From: Paraspadella gotoi
Lineage: Eukaryota > Animalia > Chaetognatha
Length of the DNA stretch: 8,388 nt
Reading direction: 5' to 3'
Assembly (NCBI GenBank): GCA_051294375.1
Contig: JBJCIZ010000944.1
Coordinates: forward strand, 1-8,388
Within the stretch, counting starts at the first letter, position 1. Each line of letters begins with the position of its first letter. The translations under genes were made by a program, and so were the position numbers. Shown in pieces: positions 1 through 8,036 of this stretch. The notes below the pieces were generated by a model that saw nothing but the letters and a program-made list of their open reading frames with translations, did not search any database and was not told the origin of the DNA.

Positions 1-351
1 TTATGCTGAAGATATCTATTTGAATTGTAGAATTTAATGGTTGTAAAAAAGAAGAGTAATTTGATTGTTGAGGCAAAAACCTAATTATTTGATTCATCTT
101 AACAGTAACCAAGCAGATATAAAATTATAAATAAAAATATCTATATTATCAGGACCAGAAAGCCTGTGCGTGGGATCTTAGAGCATCATCTATACATTGC
201 ACCTTCAACATGAATGCTCAAAAAATAAAAACTAATGATAGAAGATAATATGTAGCTTTATTTGTGTTAGTAAATGAAACCACATAATTACTACAGATTT
301 AAATACAATTTAAAAAAAAAAGGATCTGTTGAATTCTTATCCCCGATCTCC

Positions 352-934
352 TTTGTATAGCCGACGTGCTTAGCTGTATTCTGGCTCTATAATCCACTTT
401 CGGTCCGGTCGGTCCCACAACCAAAATATTGTCGGTAAGATCATCTCCATCATCGAAAGAATATCGAATTTGATAAATTTATACCAAACAATTAATGTTG
501 TCTGTCGTTTATCGTCCATCCCCGTTTTTTTGGAATGCTCACAAATGGATGGGCAATTACTTGAAATTTTGCGTATGTGGTAAGAAAAGTGTGTGATTAA
601 CAGGAATCAAGATTTTGATGGCGATCGTCAAGTGAAAATGCAGTTAAAATGGAAAAAATAAAAAATATATTGCACTATTTTTTTATTAAATGTAAATTCC
701 AAGTGAATAAATAATATTGAAAAGTTAGTAATAATAATTATTTTGTAACAAATTAATTTATCATTAATTTGTGTGATCGTATTGTTGTTGTGATTGGAAG
801 GTGAGACAAGTGGAAACGATGTTAAACGCAATAAATTATTTATTAATATTATTTTAATTTATTATTAATTAATTATCTGATCAGCTGGCCGTATCGCTAA
901 TGATTCGTGGGCAGATCGGGCTCAAACTTGTTTT
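352..934 (+). mobile_element. Degenerate short copy A of the same HINE-like family
   Basis: Colinear with the reverse complement of copy B and with copy C: CTCTATAATCCACTTTCGGTCCGGTCGGTCC (385-415), AATATTGTCGG, ATCGAATTTGATAAATT. It has one internal unit (GGATGGGCAATTACTTGAAATTTTG at 547-571 resembles rc of 3305-3329) and a 3' end TCGTGGGCAGATCGG...AACTTGTTTT (905-934). The 5' boundary is approximate. Confidence 0.65.
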
Positions 935-958
935 CACATCTCCATTCGAATTAGTCCA

Positions 959-1038
959 TTTATTGTTGTTGTTTAGAACTCCGAGCCCGTACTCCTATAA
1001 ACCAGAGATCGCTTGCGCCCGCCGAAGTTCATCTGGTT
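959..1038 (-). other. Possible small 3'-terminal exon or structured-RNA island
   Basis: GC-rich island. On the minus strand it is preceded by TTTTTTTCAG (acceptor-like, 1039-1048), has short frames ending TAG (995-997) or TAA (973-975), and then AATAAA (959-964). No recognisable protein. Confidence 0.25.
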
Positions 1039-1634
1039 CTGAAAAAAATATTTTCTCTTATTGCTCTTAATATATATGTTTCTTAATTTACTCATGCAGA
1101 CAAATCAAAATCTAAAACTAAATATTTAATTTTTAGTTAGAAGTAAACTTTTCTGCGTTTGAATCAATAGTGAAGACTTGCCAATTAAGATCTCCTAACT
1201 ACATTCCTCGTGGATATATACTATATTAGATTGTACCAGTATCAGCCTTGAGATGCTCTGGTCTTTCCAAGACTTTCCTTCAAAGTTGGAATTTTTAACG
1301 ATTTCAGCTTTGAACCAACATCAAAATTGTAGCGTGTGGATAACCATAGACCACGAGAAGAATTGATGCTTTTGTAGAAGAATTCATTGTGATGCTCAGA
1401 GAGGTTTTGAAACAAGTTATGAGGCCAAAACAATGTCGGATCTGCCTACGATAATTATTAATTAATTAATTAATCGATTAATTAATTAATATTTTAATAT
1501 GTAATATTAATTTTAAATTTTTTCAACTATCAATCATCGATCTCCTTAAAATTGGGTTAGACATTATTAAATAGGTTTTTGTTTGCATTTTATCAAAAAA
1601 CAAATATCCTTTTTTTTATTTTATGTCTCCTTGT

Positions 1635-1672
1635 TCTCCTCTCTTCTCTCTTCTCTCTCTCTCTCTTTCTCT
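1635..1672. repeat. Imperfect (CT)n microsatellite
   Basis: TCTCCTCTCTTCTCTCTTCTCTCTCTCTCTCTTTCTCT. Confidence 0.9.
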
Positions 1673-1813
1673 TATGCCCATTGCGACGATCTTTATGCTT
1701 TTTAAGACTTTTTTTAACTTGCATCATTTTTTCACATTAATTAATTAATTAACTAAATTATTTAATTTAAAAACATTTTATTATAATCATTATATTAAAG
1801 TATCAAGTATATG

Positions 1814-1870
1814 TGACTTATGTTTTTTCCATCTAAACTTCATTTCCATGGCACAATCCGTCAAACTTAT
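1814..1870. repeat. Truncated fifth copy of the internal unit
   Basis: TGACTTATGTTTTTTCCATCTAAACTTCATTTCCATGGCACAATCCGTCAAACTTAT aligns with 3206-3266. Confidence 0.7.
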
Positions 1871-1895
1871 ATAATTATTATATATTAATAAATAT

Positions 1896-2176
1896 TTAAA
1901 GCTTCGTGCAACACCCAATGAACTAAATCAAAAAAGTTACATTGAAAATCGATTTAGTAGTAAAAAGGAAAAAAAATTTTAAAGAGAACTAGGAGTTAGA
2001 AAAGTGTTCAATTTGGGCCGCCTTACTCGATATTAGCCGGACAGGTTGAAAAACTTGAAGTTCTCTCAAATGCGTTAATGGTTAATGGTTAAGCGACTAT
2101 TAATAATATGAAAATGACAATAATTTTAAAATTTTGCTTATCAATGTTTTTTTATAGAATTCTGATAGAGCTTTAA
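1896..2176. mobile_element. Probable decayed MITE with TTAA flanks (Kolobok-like ends), nested in copy B
   Basis: TTTAAAGCT (1895-1903) / AGCTTTAAA (2169-2177), plus nested inverted matches ACATTGA 1939-1945 / TCAATGT 2141-2147 and AGAGAACT 1983-1990 / AGTTCTCT 2059-2066. I see no counterpart of this segment in copy A. Confidence 0.4.
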
Positions 2177-2376
2177 AAGTTAGATAAGGTTATTAATACA
2201 AACTTATTTTTTTGTTTTATTTTATTGAAAAATTTAAAAAATAAAATTTCTGCCAAATAATGATGATGATGACTAATGATATATTAACTGATTAATTATT
2301 TGATTTATTAATACATCCTGCATATACATTAATATCAAAAAAGGAAAAAGAATCATAATCAATTAGTGAAAACAGC

Positions 2377-2500
2377 GTTTTTTGTTTTTTTCCATTTAAA
2401 CTCATTTCCACTTCAAAAGATTCCATCGAAACGGCGTTTCCTGTTCAATCACACACTTTTCTACTCACATACCAAAATTCCAGGTCAATCGATAATTAAT
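2377..2500. repeat. Fourth copy of the internal unit
   Basis: GTTTTTTTCCATTTAAACTCATTTCCACTTCAAAAGATTCCATCGAAAC...TCAATCACACACTTTTCTACTCACATACCAAAATTCCA matches the units at 3019-3490. Confidence 0.8.
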
Positions 2501-2519
2501 GGTAATAAGCTAACTTGTT

Positions 2520-2950
2520 CAACTTTGCATAATTTAACAACTTGCATTAAAGTTTGGTCAACTGACATAATTTGGGTTAACTGACATAATTTGAAGTCAA
2601 CTACATAATTTGTCAACTGACATAAATTTTGGTCAACTGACATAATTTGCGTTGCAACTGACATATTTGATCAATTAAAGATAATTTGCGTCAACCGGCA
2701 TTAATTTGGTCAACTGCATATTTATCAACTTGCCAATTTGGTCAACTAGGCATTTAATTTGCGATTTTCAAAAAAAAAAAAACTGGCCCATTTAATTGGG
2801 TTCTCCAAAAAAAACTTCGGCCCCATAAAAAATTTGGGTCAACTTGCAGAACTTTGACACTTGCAGAATTTTGGTTCAACTGGCATAATTTGGCTGAACT
2901 AAGAATTTGGTCAAACTTGCATATTTTTGTCAATTGCGCATAATTTGTCA
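2520..2950. repeat. Minisatellite, ~18-bp unit CAACTGACATAATTTGGT, about 19-20 imperfect copies in two blocks
   Basis: About 13 units counted at 2520-2765 and about 6-7 at 2832-2950, separated by an A-run-rich ~65-bp interruption. Units vary from 15 to 23 bp. Confidence 0.9.
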
Positions 2951-2994
2951 ATCAAATCAATCAATCAATCAATCAGAGAGAGGAGAGAGAGAGA
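2948..2994. repeat. Compound microsatellite (TCAA)n then (GA)n
   Basis: Directly visible: TCAATCAAATCAATCAATCAATCAATCAGAGAGAGGAGAGAGAGAGA. Confidence 0.9.
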
Positions 2995-3018
2995 AACTTT
3001 AAAAAAATTGCAAATAAA

Positions 3019-3490
3019 TGATTCTTTGGTTTTTCTAATTTGAACTCTTTTCCACTCCTACGATTCCATTCAAAAAATTTATATCAGCTTTATCACATAC
3101 TTTCCCACCCACACACCAAAAATTCCATTTGCGATTTATCTATCCCAATTTTTAATAAACATAATAATTATGAGAAATTTAAGTAAAAATACTTTAAGTA
3201 AAATATGACTTTCGTTTTTTCCATTTTAACTCATTTTCCACTCGCACGATTCCATCGAAACTTTATAATCCCAGCTCAATCTCACAACTTCCCTACCATC
3301 ATACAAAATTTCAAGTAATGGCCCTATCCGCCTCATGAAGCCAATTGGCGTTCAATAGTAAATATATTTTTTTTGTTTTTCCATTAAACCAATTTTCCAC
3401 TCGCACGATTCCCTTTCAAAACTTCATATCCATCATCAATCACACTGTTTCCTACCCACACACAAAATTTCATTACCAATCCATCATCAA
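3019..3490. repeat. Three tandem copies of the element's internal unit (~160-185 bp period)
   Basis: Motif GTTTTTTCCATT..AACTCATTTTCCACTCGCACGATTCCATCGAAAC...TCACAC..TTCCTACC..CA.ACAAAATTTCA recurs starting at ~3029, ~3214 and ~3375. Confidence 0.85.
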
Positions 3491-4038
3491 TCACGAGTAT
3501 AATTGGAGTTTTTTTGCTAGGTGGGACGGACGGACGGAGGACGGCGACGGACAGACAGACGGACATCTTTTTTTTTGCATAATTTATCATAAATTCGATG
3601 TTCTGACATGCTTATAAGTGTGTGCCCGACAATATTGAGGGGGCGGACGACGTTACCGAAAAATTGAGTTTATATAGTCCGGGATCTGCTGATAAGCAGA
3701 TCCGACTAAAAAAATATTTAAGATATTATGAGGGGTGAAGATAATGTGGACAAAATATTTTTATATTTATGGTATAATTAATATCAATTTTACCGAGATA
3801 AAATATTAATTCAAGTCAATTCAATCTAAATATTATGTCATTAATTACTATACCATATCATTACACAACAAAACAATAAGTAAAACGGAATATAAATTAC
3901 TATAAGTACATGTTTTTTTAGTATAAAGCATAAATACGCAATACGTATTTAAAGTTCAGGAGAATAAAAAAAATTGAAAAGGACTGAAGGCGAACGGCCT
4001 AAGTTAGGATTGAATAAACCTGTTTTTTNNNNNNNNNN

Positions 4039-4179
4039 TTTTTTTTTAGTCGAATCTGCTTTTCAGAAGATCCCGACTCTATAATGCACTTTGTCGGTCC
4101 GTCGGTCCGCCTCCAATCTTATATCATGTCAGAACATGAATTATGATTAAATTATGCAAAAAAAGATGTCCGTCCGTCC
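4039..4179 (+). mobile_element. 5' fragment (copy C) of the HINE-like family
   Basis: TTTTTAGTCGAATCTGCTTTTCAGAAGATCCCGACT...CATGTCAGAACATGAATTATGATTAAATTATGCAAAAAAAGATGTCCGTC aligns to the reverse complement of ~3557-3714 with a small internal deletion. Similarity stops in the GTCC microsatellite. Confidence 0.8.
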
Positions 4180-4566
4180 ATGCAGACAGACTTGCAAGCA
4201 GACAGGTCATCGACCAAGCTGACCTCAGGCAGACCTTAGGAAGCTGGTGAAATGCCCAATGCCCATTTGCTAGGATGGGTGAGATTAAGATACTACGTAC
4301 ATTGTTTTAAAAATCTGGTTTCAAGCAAGAAAAATAAGAAAAGTAAAGAACGTTAATGAAAGTTAAGAAAGTTAATGACCCGGATGAAAAGATAGAGAAA
4401 ACCTGTTTCTTTCCATCGATACTCAAGGTTGGTCTGGCTTCTCAGAGCTACTCGCACTTTGCCAGTTGGGAAATTAGAAATTGACTCTTATTGAAAGAGA
4501 GAATAACAAGATCGGTTCATCCAATGTGTTGCGCCGCACTGACTTTTTTCACATGTATTTCTCGTG

Positions 4567-4589
4567 ACATGACGCGACATGACATGACT
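4567..4589. repeat. Short imperfect (GACAT)n tract
   Basis: GACATGACGCGACATGACATGAC. Confidence 0.6.
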
Positions 4590-6356
4590 ACAATAACTTT
4601 TTTAGCCTGTGTATTNNNNNNNNNNNNNNNNNNNNNNNNNTCTTCCTCCAAAGAGTCTACAAAATATCTAAACAGATCAGGATCAGAAAGTTTTGTTTAC
4701 CCTAACTATTTCCAGGCATAAATTCTTTTCCATATACTTAATTATTTACTTGGCCATTTATAAATCTATAACTATATGCCATATCTAATTAAATATTTAG
4801 TCATATTTTCCCCTTAGTTTATCTTATGAATTTGATACATATATCACAAAACATTAGCTTGATCAATAATATATGCAATCTGTCTATCTAATAAAAGGCA
4901 AGATCGCAAGTAGATTCAAAATTTTGTACTTTATTCTTTTTATCGGTAAATACTGTTTTAAATTTGAATGTTTTTAAAACAATAAAAGTTTACAATTCTT
5001 GGAGAAAACAATTTACTCCATGGCACAAAAGTAGTAATTGGAGCATTTTCCAAACACTTCTTTGATATTTACTAAAAGCAAAGACTTGCAGAGCATTTCT
5101 GAAAATATTGGATAATTTTTAATGCTAAAATTTGACACGTTCTCTTGTAATAAAGGCGCAAATTTAAGCCATAAAGAGCTCAAAAATTTTAAAAATTTAT
5201 GGTGTAATATAATTATACACAAATTTCTTAAACTCACCATTTTTTTCTTTTCATCTCAGTTTTTATCAGTTTGATACTATTTCGTTGTATCTATAATGAA
5301 TTAATGTATAATTATATGGCGATTAAGAATTTAGTAAATTGGAATTAATCGACATATGTTTATTATTATCTTTTATTATTCATTGAATTCACTTTAAAAC
5401 ACATAATATTATAGAGAATAACTTTTAGTATATCGTACGTTATTCTCTTAGTATCGCCACAGATCAGCTATATGGATGTTCATTAAACTTTATATTATTT
5501 TTATAATGTTATTATAAAGAATAACTAGTTATTAATATTATTTTTAAATAACTCTATATTATTAAAATAAATGAGGTATTTATTATAAATGATTTATGAA
5601 CAAGAGTATAACCGATCAAAATAGATATTTCAAAATACAATAATCGAAAAGTGATACTGATTAATAAAATTACATATAATGTATTACTATCAAGAAAACT
5701 CGATCTGTAGAATTAATGGTACACACACTATATCACGCATTCAATCAGCTAGAGCAGAAAACAACCGTGAAGAGATAAGTCTATATCGTGTTCTCGCGAT
5801 GCACTTGCCGTACCACTCGTCGGACCGATATGTTGCTTTTCCGGTCACATTTCGTGTGCTTTCACACCAGGTTCTCTTTCATACAGTAGACATACGACAT
5901 TATTTGTCTTCTTATGTATCGTACAAAGACATATATAATATAATGATATCCGTCACAATTAATATGAGTATTTTTTAGACCACTTCCATGCTCATATGTC
6001 TGGTGGTGCATTTATTAATTTATAAATATTGGGAGTTAGACATAGCGTAATAGATCAAAGGTGCTCATGAGCAGCTAGACACGATATTAATATATTACGT
6101 AAATCGTGATTCATCGATTATCGAGAAATGTAGAGTTTTTTCTTCTTGCATCAGGTTTTGATTTGTGATTATAATTTGTATTTTCACTTATATCTATCTC
6201 CATGAACTACTTATCTCAAAAGTGCGTAAATAGTGATTATTAGTATATTTGTAATTTTAGTGTAGCTGGGAATAGGATAATAAAGTATAAAAATGTACTA
6301 TTCTAAAAACTATTCAAAAAATAGAAGGTTGTTAAATTATAAGGTAAATATGTAAT

Positions 6357-6610
6357 TACTGGGTATATTATGAATAATTGGTGAGTTTCGAAAATGAGTC
6401 ATGTAGCCCAAAAGGTAAGGCGGTTTCTCATGAAATTTGGCATGATTACCTTTAGGTCACGAACTTCCAATTCTATGAAAGATACTTTCAAATTTGCCTT
6501 CCTTCATAGAAAATTTGATTATTTTAATCAATTTTTTAGGATTAATTCCTTGATATCTTTGAAACGAAAAACATTTTTTTTCAAAACCGCGCTCATAGAA
6601 TCTCCCCACC
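6357..6610. mobile_element. Left end of a decayed Tc1/mariner-type MITE-like element (right boundary unknown)
   Basis: Starts TA|CTGGGT, resembling TA|CAGGGT termini, and contains ATGAAATTTGGCATG. A related inverted terminus lies at 5221-5260. The family call rests on resemblance only. Confidence 0.35.
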
Positions 6611-6913
6611 TTTCTTTTCTTGCCCAAGGATATTTTTTTCTTCAAGAAGAGTTCAACGGTTTGAGCTGCAACTCTTCGTTTTAACTTTACTTCGTCAAGA
6701 AAGTTAAATTCTGTACTCATTAAACTCATTAAACATTACATAAAGTAAAAAGTCAAATTGAAATAAATTTCGATAAGTTTTTAACTCATAAAACTCATAA
6801 AAATTAAAAACCCGTCTGGAAAATGTGTAGAGCAGTTGTAGACTTGTTGTAGACTTATTAGTGATACAACTCCAAGTATGTACTTGTCGCAAAAGAAGAA
6901 TTAAATATAAGAA

Positions 6914-7181
6914 GTAGAAATTGAGCTTACTGTAAAGAATCAGTTTTAAATTAAAAATTAGTTGTAGAATTTAGCTTACATATAAAAAATTATTCTTCTT
7001 TTGAAAATCTAGTTTTACCGAAGAAAAAATTTTTATTTAAATTTTTATTAACATTTTATGTAGATTTTTAAAAGTTTTCGATTATTTTTCAATAGAAAAC
7101 ATCTTACAAGTTATGAGAAAATGATTAAGATACAGTAAATTAAGATTTCTACAATTTTAGGTTGAGTGATCCTGGCCTTAA
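6914..7181. mobile_element. Degenerate fold-back (MITE-like) remnant
   Basis: Three inverted matches share a centre near 7035: GTAGAAAT 6914-6921 / ATTTCTAC 7145-7152, TTACTGTA 6927-6934 / TACAGTAA 7131-7138, and CTTTTGAAAATCTA 6998-7011 / TAGATTTTTAAAAG 7061-7074 (13/14). The right side ends at CC|TTAA (7176-7181). Confidence 0.5.
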
Positions 7182-7294
7182 GAAAGGAAAAACCTCAAAT
7201 TATTTGACTACGAGCGCCTCTTTCAGGGAAATCCTAAAACTATATAGAATAAAAGACGGAATTCCGATGCAGTGCGTGTCATATTAACGTAAGT

Positions 7295-7335
7295 GGGACA
7301 GACCAACGGACAGATATACCGACTGCAACTAAAAA
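7295..7335 (-). mobile_element. Possible very short 5' remnant of a second HINE-like element
   Basis: Minus strand reads TTTTTAGTTGCAGTCGGTATATCTGTCCGTTGGTCTGTCCC. It has the same TTTTTAGT start followed by a GTCC/GTCT-like tract, but a different putative subTIR. Confidence 0.3.
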
Positions 7336-7583
7336 CTTAGGAAAGCAAGACATGGAACTCATCAGGTTAATAAGTGAAGCGTCTGTGACTATATATAATT
7401 ATATATGTTTCCTAAAATTGCTGATGGCAGCGATTGCCAGCATTGGGTCTCGACTTCGGTTCTTACTTCCAGTCTCCCAGGATGTCATTGCCACATGCAG
7501 TCCAACTCTACACAACGACTATGTATTTCAGCATTACAAAAACTGGTAGACTAACTCGGTTGAATATAAACTAAATCTAAAAA

Positions 7584-7892
7584 GCTCATGATGATAAGAG
7601 AGAGTGTAAAGGCAAAGTGTTTCCATTACGATATTAAGAATATTAAGAACATTGCATTTCAGGGAAGATTTTGAAAGTTTGCTGCTGCGGAGNNNNNNNN
7701 NNAGATCCAAAAGGATGAGGACAACAAATGCTTTGATGTTAATCTCTGATGTTGATACTGTGGCAGGAAGTTTAAACAAGATCGGCACTTTTATTCATCG
7801 AAGCCCCCTTGCTGCGTCTCCTCAAGCAGGGGATTCTAACACACGCACAAAAAATTGTATTATGGTGGACTAAAATCCACCAACCGTTCAAC
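7584..7892 (+). mobile_element. Decayed 3' end of a non-LTR retrotransposon, probably RTE-like (C-terminal CCHC zinc knuckle relic plus 3' UTR)
   Basis: 7750-7773 reads C*YCGRKF. The shifted frame 7775-7807 reads NKIGTFIHRSP, and TGC at 7810-7812 is exactly 17 codons after the second Cys, giving C-x2-C-x12-H-x3-C spacing like the RTE motif CxxCGRxxxSRIGLxSHxxxC. Upstream EDFE...RSKRMR resembles the FE...KR..RK stretch preceding that knuckle. Stops and frameshifts are present. Confidence 0.5.
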
Positions 7893-8036
7893 AGTGGCCA
7901 NNNNNNNNNNNNNNNNNNNNNNNNNNNNNNNNNNNNNNNNNNNNNNNNNNNNNNNNNNNNNNNNNNNNNNNNNNNNNNNNNNNNNNNNNNNNNNNNNNNN
8001 NNNNNNNNNNNNNNNNNNNNNNNNNNNNCTTATATT

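Larger units (their letters stand above)
1410..3714 (-). mobile_element. Non-autonomous Helentron/DINE-1-like element (HINE), long copy B, expanded by internal repeats
   Basis: Perfect 11-bp subterminal inverted repeat GTCGGATCTGC (1435-1445) / GCAGATCCGAC (3696-3706). The 5' subTIR sits in a hairpin (3675-3708) next to a T-run on the minus strand. A (GTCC/GTCT)n tract lies at ~3524-3565. The 3' end on the minus strand reads subTIR, weak stem GTTTTG/CATAAC, then CTTGTTT. No coding capacity. This layout matches the established DINE-1/HINE architecture. Confidence 0.75.

Noticed and set aside
2520-2950. CRISPR array
   Set aside because: Units are contiguous and degenerate with no unique spacers, and no cas genes are present.
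628-3617. ORFs 628-831, 2366-2584, 2754-2951, 3345-3617 and 3384-3590 as genes
   Set aside because: All lie inside HINE or minisatellite sequence, are short, and have low-complexity F/I/K/N-rich translations with no recognisable domain.
4186-4278. Plus-strand coding exon ending at a GTGAGA donor-like site
   Set aside because: All three plus frames contain a stop before the donor, and no recognisable peptide appears on either strand.
4676-4686. 11-bp inverted match ATCAGGATCAG to 8335-8345
   Set aside because: Isolated, with no flanking similarity; plausible by chance in 8 kb.
4491-6892. ORFs 4491-4721, 5013-5240, 5679-5978, 6394-6684, 6457-6729 and 6704-6892 as genes
   Set aside because: All under 100 aa with no motif recognised. 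Several overlap each other, N-gaps or MITE-like remnants.
7467-7507. Minus-strand 41-nt micro-exon (TGTAG|...|GTAAGA; SWTACGNDILGDW)
   Set aside because: Splice dinucleotides fit but the pyrimidine tract is weak, no partner exon is identified, and it is unsupported without transcripts.
7804-7833. HDV-like ribozyme around CCCCCTTGCTGCGTCTCCTCAAGCAGGGG
   Set aside because: Only a simple bulged hairpin is evident. P2, P1.1 and J4/2 could not be assigned.
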